From NCBI GenBank assembly GCA_035221665.1, contig CM069142.1, positions 18,600,001 through 18,664,000 on the forward strand: 64,000 bases of DNA, in the 5' to 3' direction. Below the pieces are notes generated by a model. The model searched no databases. It was not told the DNA's origin and worked only from the letters and a program-made list of their open reading frames with translations. This document shows, one piece after another, positions 23,356 to 36,350 of this stretch; position 1 is the first letter of the stretch; each line of letters starts with the position of its first letter. The position numbers were made by a program, and so were the translations under genes. The stretch is from Okamejei kenojei. Its lineage: Eukaryota.

Positions 23356-23611
23356 GTTCCACTTGGTGTGTCAGCCGGGATGAAGTGAACCCAGAACCAG
23401 AAGCCTATTAAAGCCACAGTTAGCGCATGTACATTTCGTAGAATTTTGCAGTTTCTTGCCTGAGACCCAGAAGTGCATCGTTTGGAATCTTTTCAATTGT
23501 TCAGTTGTCCTTTCAAGAAAGGTTGATTTATCCGACAAAGAATTTGGCTTTCACTTCAGCAGAGTTTCCCTCCTCGAGACAGTGTAGAGTGTAGACCATT
23601 GCATGGCTGAT

Positions 23612-23836
23612 AGAGACAAAATGCTGGAGTAACTCAGCGGGACAGGCAGCAGCTCTGGAGAGAAGGAATGGGTGACTTTCGGGTCAAGACCCTACTTCAG
23701 ACCTCTCTGGAGAAAGGTCTCGACCCGAAACGTCACCCATTCCTTCTCTCCAGAGATGCTGCCTGTCCCGCTGAGTTACTCCAGCATTTTGTGTCTATCT
23801 TCGATTTAAACCCCCATCTGCAGTTCTTTCCTACAC
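23612..23836. mobile_element. Penelope-terminus palindromic dimer (best-preserved example)
   Basis: About 90-bp arm GACAAAATGCTGGAGTAACTCAGCGGGACAGGCAGC..TTCAGA, then its near-perfect reverse complement. Confidence 0.9.
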
Positions 23837-24495
23837 CATTGTTGGGATGTTTGTATTTACCAGTATAATGGAAGGGAAAATCTATTTTCTTAATGCGTAG
23901 TTGGAAGCTTGGATGCTGCTTTCTTGTGTCCACTTGGATGGCTTACCTAAACACATCTCAGATGGATAATTGCATTTTGAAAATTGGACCACTCTGGGGA
24001 AGCAAATTAAATTACAGTGTTGTTAGCTTTTCAGCACGGTTTGCACCTGAAATACTCTGACTGCACTGATGGGGAAGGCTGGTGAACCGTGAAGCACCAG
24101 CAGAAACTGTGCCGACTCCATCTGTGGTTCGCACTGATTCTATGTTGTTTACTTATCATTTTCATTGAAATATTTTATTGCTCTGAGAATTGCATGCTTT
24201 CCAGTGAACCTCTTAAATGACTCCTGGGAATGTAATCAAGATTGAGTGATAATTTTAGCTAATAAGATTTTACAAACTGTAGCTAATATCTGGGGTTGCA
24301 TGTTGATTTTCGCAGCCAGTACTGATAGAATTTTTTCTGAACAATTATTGAAAGATTTGTTTAATTTAAGATTTGCATTATCCATCTTCAAGACAGTGTA
24401 TGCAGTGCTTTGTTTCCCTTTTCATTAAACCAGATGTATTTGTTTCACAATACATGTCTGCATGGGGTCTGTACAATACAGTACAATACAATACT

Positions 24496-24790
24496 GCACA
24501 GTGGTGCCAGCACCAGAGACCCAGGTTCAATCCTGACCACAGGTGCAGTCTGTGTGGGGTCTGCACGTTCTCCCCGTGACCTGCTTGGGTCTTCTCCAGG
24601 TCATCCAAATTCCTCCCACGCTTCAAAGGTGTACAGGTTTGTCGGTTAATTGGTTTCGATTAAAAAAAAATTGTAAATTGTCCCAAGTGCATGTAGGATT
24701 GTGTTAATGGGTGGGAATCGCTGGTCGGCGCTGTCTCGGTGGGTCCCAGAGCTTGTTTCCATGCTGTATCTCTAAACTAAAATAAACTAA
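24496..24790 (+). mobile_element. HE1/V-SINE-like SINE
   Basis: GGTTCAATCCTGACC B box; (ACTAA)n tail. Confidence 0.85.
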
Positions 24791-25241
24791 TACTAATAAT
24801 GTTGGTTTATACCAAACAAAGACACAAAATGCTGGAGTAACTGAGTAGTACAGGCAGCAATCTTAGGCAACGTTTTGGTTCGGAACAGAATTTAGAATTT
24901 AATTATTTGTTACACATGTAGAAATTTGTCAGTTCTGTTTATTTTATTTGTTGAAACACTATCATCCAACTGAAATGAAGGGCAGCCTTTATTTAGGTTT
25001 AGGTTTATTGTCATCGAGTGCACTGAGGTACAGTGAAAAGCTTTGTTTTGCATGCTGTCCAATCAAATAATGTAACACACTATGTACAGTCAAACCAAAG
25101 TCGAGTGCAGCAAAGAGTGAGAGGAAGTGAAGCAAAGAGCAAGTACTTACGGTAGAGCAAAGGGGAAGATGCCGAATGCAGAATGTAGTTTCCAGCATGG
25201 TAGCTCACCAACTTCAGAGGCAGAGTCCAATGTCCGCAATG

Positions 25242-25552
25242 GGCCACTCAGTGGCTCAGCTGGTGGAGCTACTGCCCCACATCCCAGGTTCGATCTTGAC
25301 CTCCGCTGTTGTCTGTATGGAGTTTTCATGTTCTCCCTGTGACCTTGTCGGTTTCCTCCAGTTTTCCCCAACATCCCAAATACATGCGGGTTTGCATGTT
25401 AATTGCCCTCTGTAAATTGTCCCTTGTGTCGGTGAGTAGAAGAGAAAGTGGGATAACATGCGATTTGTGTGAACAGGTAATCAATCGATGGTCGGTGTGG
25501 ACGCAGTGGGCTGTAGGGCCTGTTTCCACACTGGGTTTGTAAACTAAACTAA
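25242..25552 (+). mobile_element. HE1/V-SINE-like SINE
   Basis: TGGCTCAGCTGG A box, GGTTCGATC B box, (ACTAA)n tail. Confidence 0.85.
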
Positions 25553-25574
25553 GGTGAATCGGACGTGACTCTAG

Positions 25575-25870
25575 CTTATGGGAGAAGCGTTCAAAAGCCT
25601 GGTAACTGAGAGGAAGAAACTGTTCCTGAGTCTGGTGGTGCATGCTATCAAGGTGCAGTGCCTTCTGCCTGGCACAACCGGGGAGTGAAGGAATGACCGG
25701 GGTGGGACAAGACTTGATTGATAGAAGCTGTGTTCCTGAGGCAGCGCGAGGTACAGATGGAGTCACTGGTGGGGATTCTGGTCTGTGGGATGGACTGGGC
25801 TACATTCACAACTCTCTTCAATATTTGCAGTAAAGTTATTTCCAAACCAAGTTGTGATGCAGCCCAACGG
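25575..25870 (-). mobile_element. Rex1/Babar-like LINE 3' fragment
   Basis: LQILKRVVNVAQSI..DSICTSRCLRNTASI..HPGHSF peptide. Confidence 0.7.
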
Positions 25871-26375
25871 TGTGCTTGACCCATATACAACCTTGCATCG
25901 ATGTGGTTTGTAACAGCGCGAGCACATGAGTGCAAATATGACATTTGGCCAATTATTTTTTGAAAATAATTAAGTATAATTACGTAGTTTTAATTGTTGC
26001 CACTCGTCATGAAGTTATGTTGTTGCGTGTTTGTATGTTGTATGGCCTGCATTGAAAAATTCAAAATGAGCATAAATTGCATGTCTTTTTCTTCGTGGAC
26101 AGACCATTCAACCGGCATCATCTGTGACCAGTATTGCATGGCAATACTTTGTAGATAATGTATTCCCTGAGGGAAGAGGGGTGTGCACAACACATTTATA
26201 TCAGTGGGACGTTAAAGCACAAATTTGCCTCGTCAGCCTTAACAACCATTACATATTTCTCAGAATTAACTCTTACACATAGCAATTGTGTTGGTTAATT
26301 GGCTTCTGTGAAATGCCTACACGCCTTTAACATGTAGGGAGTGGACGAGAAAGTGGCTTTACATAGAAAGAGAAA

Positions 26376-26628
26376 ATCGTTTTTCACACAGAGAGTGGTG
26401 AATCTGTGGAATTCTCTGCCACAGAAGTAGTTGAGGCCAGTTTGTTGGCCACATTTAAGAGGGAGTTGGATGTGGCCCTTGTGGCTGAAGGGATCAGGGG
26501 GTATGGAGAGAAGGCAGGTACAGGATACTGAGTTGGATAATCAGCCATGATCATATTGAATGGTGGTGCAGGCTCGAAGGGCCGAATGGCCTGTTCCTGC
26601 ACCTAATTTCTATGTTTCTATGTTTCTA
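26376..26628 (+). mobile_element. CR1 3' end (young)
   Basis: Highly similar to 31810-32060; (TTTCTATG)n tail. Confidence 0.92.
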
Positions 26629-27056
26629 GTGTCGGCATGGACTCCGTGGGCCGCATGTTTCCATAGTGTGTCTTCAAACTAAACTAAGCTTTATGCATTC
26701 CTCAGTTATCTCCATTAACCACAAGCTAGCCTGTTTCCTCCACAACTGGGCTCCTGTGTAACTCTTCCATGTTTTAGGGTGCCTTGATCCCACTTGGAAT
26801 TCTGCATCTCAAATCCTTCGGCACTGTTCCCACAGGATCTTCCTAATTACTGCTTTAACGTACGTCTGTTTTCCTCGTGACCCGTGAAGCATGCAACAAC
26901 AATCTGTCCTCTGTAAATTCAAATGTAAATAGGTTCAAATTGATTTTGTTAACATTGGGTGCAATCCAAGTGACTGATAGCTGATGGTGCTTGAGGTTGT
27001 CAGCCACTCAGGCTTCTGAGTGTGTGGTGAAACTAAGGGAGTTGATCAGATGTCAT

Positions 27057-27390
27057 GTGTAGGTAGGAACTGCGACACAAAATGCTGGAGTAATTCAGCG
27101 GGACAGGCAGCATCTCTGGAGAGAAGGAAAGGATGACGTTTCGGGTCGAGACCCTTCTTCAGACTAGTTAGGGAAAAGGGAAACACGAGATATAGACGGT
27201 GATGTAGAGAGATGAAGAACAATGAATGAAAGATGTGCCAAAAAAAAATGTAACAATGACAAAAGAAACAGGCCGTTGTTAGCAGTTTGTTGGATGAAAA
27301 CGAGAAGCTGGTGTGACTTGGGTGGTGGAGAGTTAGAGAGAGAGAGAGGGAATGCCGGGGTTACTTGAAGCTAGAGAAATCAATATTCTG
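27057..27390 (-). mobile_element. Penelope-like element 3' end with intact hammerhead motif
   Basis: ORF end NIDFSSFK* followed by UTR and terminal repeat; homologous in reverse to 49180-49527. Confidence 0.85.
27132..27165 (-). ncRNA. Minimal hammerhead ribozyme-like motif (consensus-like)
   Basis: Reverse complement AGT-CTGAAGA-A-GGGTC-TC-GACCC-GAAAC-GTC-ATC. Confidence 0.6.
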
Positions 27391-27608
27391 GTTTAAACTG
27401 AAGATAGACACAAAAAAGCTGGAGTAACTCAGTGGGTCAGACAGCATCTCTGGAGAAATGGAATAGGTGACGTTTTGGGTCCAGACCCTTCTTCAGACTC
27501 GGTCTGAAGATTCAGTCTGAAGAAGGGTCTCGACCTGAAACATCACCTATTCCTTTTCTCCAGAGATGCTGTCTGACCCGCTGAGTTATTCCAGCTTTAT
27601 GTGTCTAT
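27388..27608. mobile_element. Penelope-terminus palindromic dimer
   Basis: Two ~95-bp inverted arms meeting at the hammerhead motifs. Confidence 0.88.
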
Positions 27609-27840
27609 GATCAGATGTTATTGTCTATTCTGGTGCACACTCACTGCTGAACCCCAAGGTGGAGCAGTACGTTTTGTCTTTACTTCAATGTATAATTTAT
27701 TTGTGATAAATGTAAAAATATGCATTACAGAAATATCGTCATCATTTTCACAGCAAGTCATGCTATTCCCATTGCTTAATATTAGCACATCATCAATTAT
27801 CTTTCATTCACATTTCATTTACAATCTAAAAATAGCAAAA

Positions 27841-28156
27841 GGCAGGAAAGTGGCACAGTTGGTACAGCGCCAGAGACCTGGGTTCGATCCTGACGCCGGG
27901 TGCTATCTGTACGGAGTTTGCATGTTCTCTCTGCGATTGCATGGGTTATATTTGGGTGCTCCGTTTTCCTCCCACATCCCAAAGGTTTGTAGGTTAATGG
28001 GCCTCTGTAAATGGCTCCAAGTGAGTTGGGAATGGTGGGAGTTGAGAAAGTGAGATAACATAGAACTAGCGTGAATGGGTGATTTCATGGTGGGCATGGA
28101 CTGGGTGGGCCGGAGTGTCTGTTTCCATGCTGTATCTCGAAGCAAAGCAAAACTAA
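27841..28156 (+). mobile_element. HE1/V-SINE-like SINE
   Basis: TGGCACAGTTGG A box, GGTTCGATCC B box, CR1-like tail. Confidence 0.85.
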
Positions 28157-29223
28157 GAGTTCATAGGATCCTCTTGCAGATTTCAATTAATTTATGCTCA
28201 ATGGCAGGGTCACGTTTCCCACTGAGATTGGTACTTGCTGCTCTCAGCTTCAGCATTCCTTTTGCTTAGAGTTGGACAGTACAAATTAGGCTGTTCACAT
28301 CCACACTGACCTTTTTGTCCTCCTACATTAATCACATTTGCCTGCAGCAAGGCAGTATTTCACGTCACCTTGTCTGTTTAAGTGTCTGCCTAAATGCTTC
28401 TTAAACAAAGTGATTGTATCCAAATCCACCACCTTTTCAGACAGTGAGTTCTAGATATCAACAATTTTCTCTGCAACGAGATCTTTCCGCTCGGATCCCC
28501 TTTAAATCTCCTTCCTCTCATTTTGAGAATACTCTCAAGTTTTTGTGACCTCTTTTATAGGAACCCTACCCTAGTCCTGGACTTTAAACCTTGTTGGTTT
28601 GACCACAGTAGTGGTTTCCCTGCAGCTGTTAATTATTTGAACCCCTTTGAGATCTATGTCTCGACCCGAAACGTCACCCATTCCTTCTATCCAGAGTTGC
28701 TGCCTGTTCCGCTGAGTTACTCCAGGTTTTTGTGTCTGTCTTTGTCTCTTTGCTGTCCTGACTGTTCCCCGGGAGAGCCATAGAGTCCTCCGTTAGGCAG
28801 CTGTCCAGGACAAATGTCACCAAATACCTCCGCAAATTCTCCCAGAGCTTCCTGCCAATGACTCACTGAACAGAAAGGCTGGATTCACTTTGCATTCAGC
28901 CCCACCACTTTAATCAGAAGAGGGCTGATGTTGGCATGGCAATTAAACAGATAAGAAAGGGATAGATTGCCCTGTGGTAAAAGTTGCGTTAAATGCTCTT
29001 TGCCTTCATATTACTTTCAAACGGACATGTGTTTCACTGTGCTTATAATTACTTTTATGTTATTTTTTTATTTTAATTTAAATGATTGAAATCAATTTTA
29101 ATAGCTTGTTAAATTCTTCGTAACCTTTGCCAGTTAGCGAGCTGACTGATGCGGAAAGCCTGCGCACCACTTGCAACCCACAGCTCACCATGATGGTGCA
29201 GGGGTCAGTTCACCTGGCAAGGT

Positions 29224-29408
29224 ACACACAAAAAGCTGGAGTAACTCAGGGGGACAGGCAGCATCCCTGGAGAGAAGGAATGGGTGACGTTTCGGGTCGA
29301 GGCCATTCTTGGGTCCTTCTCTCCAGAGATGCTGCCTGTCCCGCTGAGTTACTCCAGCTTTTGGTGTCTATCTTTGGTTTAAACCAGCATCCAGCAGTTC
29401 CTTCTTAC
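29224..29408. mobile_element. Penelope-terminus palindromic dimer with collapsed centre
   Basis: Inverted arms; AGTTCACCTGGC occurs both before (29207) and after (29411), like a target duplication. Confidence 0.85.
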
Positions 29409-29595
29409 TCAGTTCACCTGGCCTTCTGCATTAGGCGGATGGTGCCAGCGTGTGACAAGCACGGTTCCAGGCAATTCAGCTCATGGTTGCCATCAAATCC
29501 TCTTCAAAGTGGTGCGTTTCCAATTTACAGAATCCTTCAATGATATATTTACAATGGATAAAAATTAAACAACAAATGTAACCTCTGTAGACGCT

Positions 29596-29826
29596 GTTTT
29601 GCATGTGCCGGCTGATGGGGTGGAAGGTGAGGACAAGGGGGACTCTGTCCTTGTTACGATTAGGAGGAAGGGGAGTAAGAGCAGAGCTGTGAGATATAGA
29701 GGAGACCTTGGTGAGAGCCTCATCTATAATGGAAGAGGGGAACCCATGTTTCCGAAAGAATGAGGACATCCCCGATGCCCTGGTCTAGAACACCTCATTC
29801 TGGGTGCAGATACGGCGTAGACGGAT
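29596..29826 (-). mobile_element. Penelope-like element internal fragment (RT to endonuclease linker)
   Basis: MSSFFRKHGFPSSIIDEALTKVSSIS..NKDRVPLVLTFHP peptide. Confidence 0.75.
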
Positions 29827-30121
29827 GCGTAAAGTAACCTCTGCATGTTACTTATCTAATCTCAGTGTTGTGCAGATGGTAAACGTAATTCCATGCATAT
29901 ACATATGCAGCTGTAGGAAAGGCATTAAGGGCCGGAGTAACTCAGCGGTTCTGGCAGCATCACTGGAGAACGTGGATTCGTGGCGTTTAAAGAAGGGCCC
30001 CGACTCTAAACATCACCTATCCATCTTGTCCAAGATGCTGCCTGTCCCACTGAGTTACTCCAGCATTTTGTGTCTTTCCTTAGTAAACCATCACCTGCAG
30101 TTCATCGTATCTATAGACAGC

Positions 30122-30356
30122 TGGAGCGGCGCAGCGGCGGAGTTGCTGCCTCACAGCGGCAGAGTCCCGGGTTCGATCCTGACCACGGTTGCTGTATATA
30201 CGGAGTTTGTACGTTCTCCCTGTGAGCGCGTGGGTTTTCTCCACGTGCTCCGCTTTCCTCCCACACTCCATAGTATTAGTGTGTGGCGTGAGCACTGGTC
30301 AGCGTGGGCTTGGCGGGTCAAAGGGCCTGTTGCTGCATCTCTATCTCTGAAGTTTA
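30122..30356 (+). mobile_element. HE1/V-SINE-like SINE with internal deletion
   Basis: GGCGCAGCGG A box, GGTTCGATCC B box, shared core. Confidence 0.85.
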
Positions 30357-30879
30357 AAAAGTCAAGTCAAGCTGTGCTTTGGCTATGTTCCAGTGTACAT
30401 TTCATGTGGAGACAAGTTCATGCTTATTAATGACTGCTTCCTCCTCTTGCTTACAACTCTCTGAGTGTAGAATTGATACTTCCAGTTGTTTTCAGATCTT
30501 ATCATCATAGAATCTATCTTATGGCTGTCTGGTTAATATTGACTTGATGCAATAAACATACTACAACTAGTCATAACTATAGTTAATTGAAGGAGGCCAC
30601 ACATAACAGTCATTAATTTACAGAATTCCTGTTTTAAAGTGATGAATACTTGTCATTTGTTTGCAATACCCGTGCATCTTTTTGCATTGTGATAAACAAA
30701 TTCTTTGGATAGAAGCACAAGCCTGTAATTGATAGTATTAACATGATTCAGATGTAGATCAGTTTACTGTCATACCGGGTACAATGAAATTCCTCATTAG
30801 CATGAATCTCAGAGAGTAAGCAGTGTACATGATAATAATAGACATAATGACAAATACAATGACAAATACTACTCCACCA

Positions 30880-31165
30880 CTGCGGCCAGCTGCTACCTCA
30901 CAGCGCCACAGAGACGGGTTTGATCCTGACTACGAGTGCTATCTGTATGTCTGCACGTTCTCCCTGTGACCGCGTGGGGTTTCACCAGGTGCTCTGGTTT
31001 CCTCCCACGCTCCAAAGACGTACAGGTTTGCAGGTTAATTGGCTTCAGTAAAGTTGTAAATTGTCCCTCGTGTGTGGGATAGTGCTGGTGTACGGGGTGA
31101 GCGCTGGCCGGCGCGGACTTGGTTGTCTGAAGGGCCTGTTTCTGCGCTGTATCTCTAAATTCTAA
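30880..31165 (+). mobile_element. HE1/V-SINE-like SINE
   Basis: Shared core and tail GAAGGGCCTGTTTCTGCGCTGTATCTCTAAA. Confidence 0.87.
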
Positions 31166-31214
31166 AGGCATAACAGCAGAATGGTGCAAAGATTGACAAT
31201 CTCACTGATTTTGT

Positions 31215-31500
31215 CGGCCGGACAAGAAGCCTACCGCAGATGGAGGTCCCGGTGTCCAGATGCAAGAGTAGAGAGAGGAACCTATTCAATATTATGGAGT
31301 TGAAGGCTGAGCTGTGGTCAATTAAGAGGTGTTCCAGAGCTGAATGGAGCACAAAGCCTCACGCTGTGTTTATAAGTCGGCAGGAGCGGCACCAACAGAT
31401 GATCAGACTGGCCGATATAAGGGCCCCGAGTACTGCGACAGACATGTTGATGGTGGTGTAGCAGAGGTCCAGTGTGTTGAGACCCCATGTGAGGAAGAGA
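31215..31500 (-). mobile_element. Decayed Rex1/Babar-like LINE fragments
   Basis: PYIGQSDHLLVPLLPTYK (endonuclease SDH motif) and LLIDHSSAFNSII (RT motif). Confidence 0.6.
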
Positions 31501-31504
31501 CATG

Positions 31505-32060
31505 ATAGTTCAGTTTTGGTCTCCAAATCTGAGGAAGGACATTATTGCCATAGAGGGAGTGCAGAGAAGGTTCACCAGACTGATTCCTGGGATGTCAGGA
31601 CTGTCTTATGAAGAAAGACTGGATAGACTCGGTTTATACTCTCTGGAATTTAGGAGATTGAGAGGGGATCTTATAGAAACTTACAAAATTCTTAAGGGGT
31701 TGGACAGGCTAGATGCAGGAAGATTGTTCCCGATGTTGGGGAAGTCCAGGACAAGGGGTCACAGCTTAAGGATAAGGGGGAAATCCTTTAAGACCGAGAT
31801 GAGAAAGACTTTTTTCACACAGAGAGTGGTGAGTCTCTGGAACTCTCTGCCACAGAGGGTAGTTGAGGCCAGTTCATTGGCTATATTTAAGAGTGAGTTG
31901 GATGTGGCCCTTGTGGCTAAGGGGATCAGAGGGTATGGAGAGAAGGCAGGTACGGGATACTGAGTTGGATGATCAGCCATGATCATATTGAATGGCGGTG
32001 CAGGCTCGAAGGGCTGAATGGCCTACTCCTGCACCTAATTTCTATGTTTCTATGTTTCTA
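31505..32060 (+). mobile_element. CR1/HER1-type LINE 3' end, young, with open 153-aa frame
   Basis: QFWSPNLRKDIIAIEGVQRRFTRLIPGM..GYGEKAGTGY*, 3' UTR stem GGCTGAATGGCC, (TTTCTATG)n tail. Confidence 0.95.
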
Positions 32061-32714
32061 TATGAATATTAAGTCAGAAAGAATAGACACAATGGTGAGG
32101 GATTTGCTTGTGGTGTGCCAACACCTGTAATAAACTACATTTAAACATATTGAGCATTTTTAAGATTACAAGATTACAAAGGTTTAAAACATAAAATATA
32201 TTCATTAGGAAGTCAGGCCCCTAAACAGTTTAAGCAGCTTGTGGGACGACAATCCAACAGCAATGAACGATGTGCGTGCCCTTATCTTAACGTCTACAAA
32301 AATGAACCAGACGCAGCAAACCATTTGTGCTGCAATTCAGAGGAAATGTTGATGTAACGCAGCCCTATTTCTTTGATTAATAATTATTTTTATTAGGTGA
32401 TTAAAAATACAATCATCACAAATCAAAGAACAAAAGCAAGGTTGCAAGAGAAAACAACATTGTTTCAATTTCAGTGCCAATTCAAGCGTTTTCACTTAGT
32501 TACAATTGACTGCAAAAATAATAAACTTTCATCTGAGATGACCATCGATTTATTGCTCCTTTCTGCTGTCCAACCATTGCGAGCGGTGCGGAGAATAAGA
32601 TTTAATCATAACTGCGAATTTCACACATTGTGCTTCCAGTTGGAGTGAAATGCAGGCATTTTATTTGTAATAACAGTGAGGAAAGAGGCATCACAAAATT
32701 ACCCATCATTTTTT

Positions 32715-32945
32715 TATTAAATGGGTGGTTCGTTCGCTCGTGTGTCAGACGACCTTCTGCCATCGTTCTGCCACAGCCAGTGCCACATCTGTGCCTCTGC
32801 GGAGATCGTCCACAGTGCATGCCTCTCCGCCTCAATCAGTATGTGGGCCTTTGTCTGTACCTCTCCACAGTTGCACTTGTCAGAGTCCGCAAAGCCCCAC
32901 TTCTTCAGGTTGAGCCTGCAACGTCCCACTCCAGAGCGGAGGCGT
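32715..32945 (-). mobile_element. LINE C-terminal zinc-knuckle fragment (RTE-X-like)
   Basis: GRCRLNLKKWGFADSDKCNCGEVQTKAHIL: CxC..QT..H motif. Confidence 0.6.
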
Positions 32946-34087
32946 GGTAGAACCTGTTGTTATCTTGTTTCCAAATGTAGATATATTAAGGCTGACCCTC
33001 ACACCTGGGATAGCTGGCAATCACCTCAATAAGATCCCAGAACTTGTTTGAAAAGGTAAATCCGAGGAGGCTTCGACTAACTTTAATTATTATTTTCATA
33101 TTTTGAGGTGTTTTAATTAAATTTATTGTTTTAATTTTTTTTTAAATTCTACCTGAATATTTTTTAACATTATTATCAAAGAGGCTTAAAATATATTAAC
33201 AGCTGTCGGGTGTGGAGAGAGAGTTAATCGACCCTCTGTGTCTGGAAAGGTAACTCAGGGCAAGTGTCACGAAAGACGGTGACCAGGGGCACCAGACGAT
33301 GACCAGCACCACGCATTTGGCCCGTTAGGTTTACGTTTATTATTCTCACGTGTACTGGGGTTCCGTACAAAGCTTTGTTTTGCACGCTATCCAATGCAGT
33401 CAGACAATACTATACATAAAAAACCAAACTCAAGTATAATAGGTGGAGCAAAGGAAAAGATGCAGAGTGCAGAATATAGTTCTCACCATTATAGGGCAAT
33501 AGTTTCAAAGACAAAATCCAATGACCAGAATAAGTAGAGACGAATTGGACTTGGGTTATTCACTTATTGAAGGAGGAGTGATTTTAAATAAACAGATATC
33601 ATGAAGGTGGAATGTGATTCTCACCAGAGTTAAGCTTGTGTACTATAAGCATGAAGTTTAACAATTAATGAGAGACAAAAATAGGGAGACTTTCAGAACC
33701 TCTTTTCCAGGGTGGAAATGTCAAAGACTAGAGGGCTTAGCTTTAAGGTCAGAGGGGGAAAGTTTGAAGGAGTTAAGCGGTGCAAGTTTCTTTACACAGA
33801 GAGTTGCGGGTGCCTGGGAAACCCTGCTGGGTGTAGTGGCTGTTGCCAATTCACACTGATTGTGGTCTGCTGATGAGAAGGTCGAAGATCCAAAGAAATG
33901 AGCAGAGACCCAGTTCTCTGACTTTAATAATAGGTTTGGAAGGGATGATGGTATTGAACGCCACACTGTAGTGGATGAAAACAACCTGGCAGAGGTGTTC
34001 TTAGTGTCCAAGTGTTCCAGTGAAAAGTGAAGAGCCTGTGTGATTGTGTCCCTTGTTGATTGGTTATGGTGTTGGGTGAAGTTCAGG

Positions 34088-34392
34088 GTTTAGGTTAGTT
34101 TAGAGATACAGCATGGCAACAGGCCCTTCGGCCCACCGAGTCCGCACCGACCAGTGATCCCCGCACATTAACACTATCCCACACACTCGGGACAAGTTAC
34201 AATGAGACCAAGCCAATTAAACTACAAACCTGGACGTCTTTGGAGTGTGGGACTAAACCGAAGATCTCGGACTAAACCAATGCGGTCACGGGAAGAATAT
34301 ACAAACTCCGTACTGACAGCATCCGTAGTCAGGATTGAACCCGGGTTTCTGGCGCTGTAAGGCAGCAACTCTAGCAGTGTGCCACCGTGCCG
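34088..34392 (-). mobile_element. HE1/V-SINE-like SINE, full length, inside a decayed LINE
   Basis: Complete head GGCACGGTGGCAC, B box, core and tail on the minus strand. Confidence 0.9.
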
Positions 34393-36144
34393 GTCAGTGT
34401 GTCCAGATGTTTGCTATGCAGGGGTTAATATGCATTGTAACCAACCTCTCAAAGCACTTTGTCACCACATACATCAGGGAACATCTGTTGTTAGTCATTG
34501 AGGCATGATGCCTTGCTCTTCTTGGGCAAAGGTATTATGAAAGTTCTTTTCTAGCAGGTGGGAACCTTGGACCATAGGACTGAGAGGTTGAAGATGCCCG
34601 CAAACAATTCCAGCCAGTTGGCCGTGCAGATGTGACGAATGTGACCATGTACACCATCAGGGTCAGATGCTTTCCGAAAGTTCACACTCACGAAGGATCG
34701 TCTTGCATTAACTGGGTGACTGGGATGATGTTATTGTCGGTATTGTGGGCAGAAGGGCCTGACCCTGGGCTCCACAGTTCCATGTTCTGGATGCCATTTA
34801 CTGATGAAAAATAAAAACATCCAACTCTGTTCTGCCATGGAGATGGATTTGAGGGCATTAAAGTAGCCACCCTGATTGGGAACGTTGTAACACTGTTTAA
34901 AAAATGCAATATTACCTCGACAATTAAAGATGCATGTCCATGTCTGCACTTGGATATGAGGTGCACCAAACCTTTTACTCACAATCATGTGAAGTCATTT
35001 GCTCACTTATTCCCAAAATGCATCAAATTGTTCAGGCCGGTGCTAGAAATCTATGTACACATCCACACATATAACAAAAGTGATGCTGGCTCCCTGTGCT
35101 TCAGATTTTGTGAGCATTCGTAGAAGCTGCATTTGAATTATTAAGATGAGTTGATGGGAGCGTTTTATGAAAAGATGATGCTGAGTGTGTGCAGTGTGAT
35201 GAAATGCTCGGACCTGAAATAAATGCAAATGCTACTGGCTGCACGGTGACCTTGCCCGTGACATTAAAATTACAGTGGGGACAAACATTTCAGGAGAAGC
35301 AAGAACACTGCCATGATAATTGCTTGGCTTGTTCCTGTTGGGTGGGTTGAAATTGGCCCTGCTTAGATACTTTGAATAACATTTCAAAAACACTTTGAAA
35401 GCAATCCAACCATCATTTCTATTGCTCTCACTCATCATGTTTCCACCTTTATTGGTTAGTTTATTCAGTTTTTCCTGGAATCACCTTGAACCTTTCGGTC
35501 CTCACTGAAGTGAAATGACTCTCAAGATAGTCACAATAGAAGTAGAGATGTTACTGAGATCAGAAAGAGAACACATGTGGAGAATCATTTTGTATACGCA
35601 TGTTTAATGTTGGTAGGCGATGGAAAAAAAGTGCATTTGCTTTTGAACAAGGAGTATAAATCCAGTGAAGTTTGTGCTTGGTAAGTGCCTCAGCAGGTTT
35701 AGCTATATACAGTGTTTTCTATCACCAATTTTAGAGCACACTTGATATTGTCAGACAGTTGCCTGAAACACAGAGTTTTTAGCATTTCCATTGCAGCAGA
35801 GTTGCAGTAGTGAAGGGGTAATATATTTGCACCATCCGTGGGCAGCAGAGTGCAATTAAGACAGAGCTTCAGTGATTTCCATTTTAATCTGGAGGCGAGA
35901 GTATACTACGCATTGCGTTAATGAAGACTTTGTCAACGACACAACTAGTGCTAAATGTTAGTATTATGGGCCAAGTGTATCTCTTCTGATATTTTATCCA
36001 CTGTTAGTAATTTGTGTTTCATTAAGGTCCTGTGATAATCTTGAGAATTTTCCCTACAATTGCCACAAATTACAATGCTTCTTTCTATTTACACACCGTC
36101 AACTTTGTTCAGATGTAGGAACAGATTGCTGATTCAGATTGTAA

Positions 36145-36350
36145 TAAAAAAGGAACTGCAAATGCTGGTTCATATCAAAGATAGACACAAAATGTGAGTA
36201 ACTCAGTGGGTCAGGCAGAATCTCTGGAGAATATGGATAGATAACGTTTTAGGTCAGAACCCTTCGACAGATTTAAGAAACGTCACATATCCATGTTCTG
36301 CAGAGATGCTGCCTGACCTGCTGAGTTACTCCAGCATTTTGTGTCTATCT
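36145..36350. mobile_element. Penelope-terminus palindromic dimer (diverged)
   Basis: Inverted arms GATAGACACAAAATG..AACTCAG / CTGAGTTACTCCAGCATTTTGTGTCTATC. Confidence 0.8.

Noticed and set aside
29804-30430. 208-aa ORF
   Set aside because: Reads through a patchwork of Penelope-terminus and SINE repeats; not a coherent protein.
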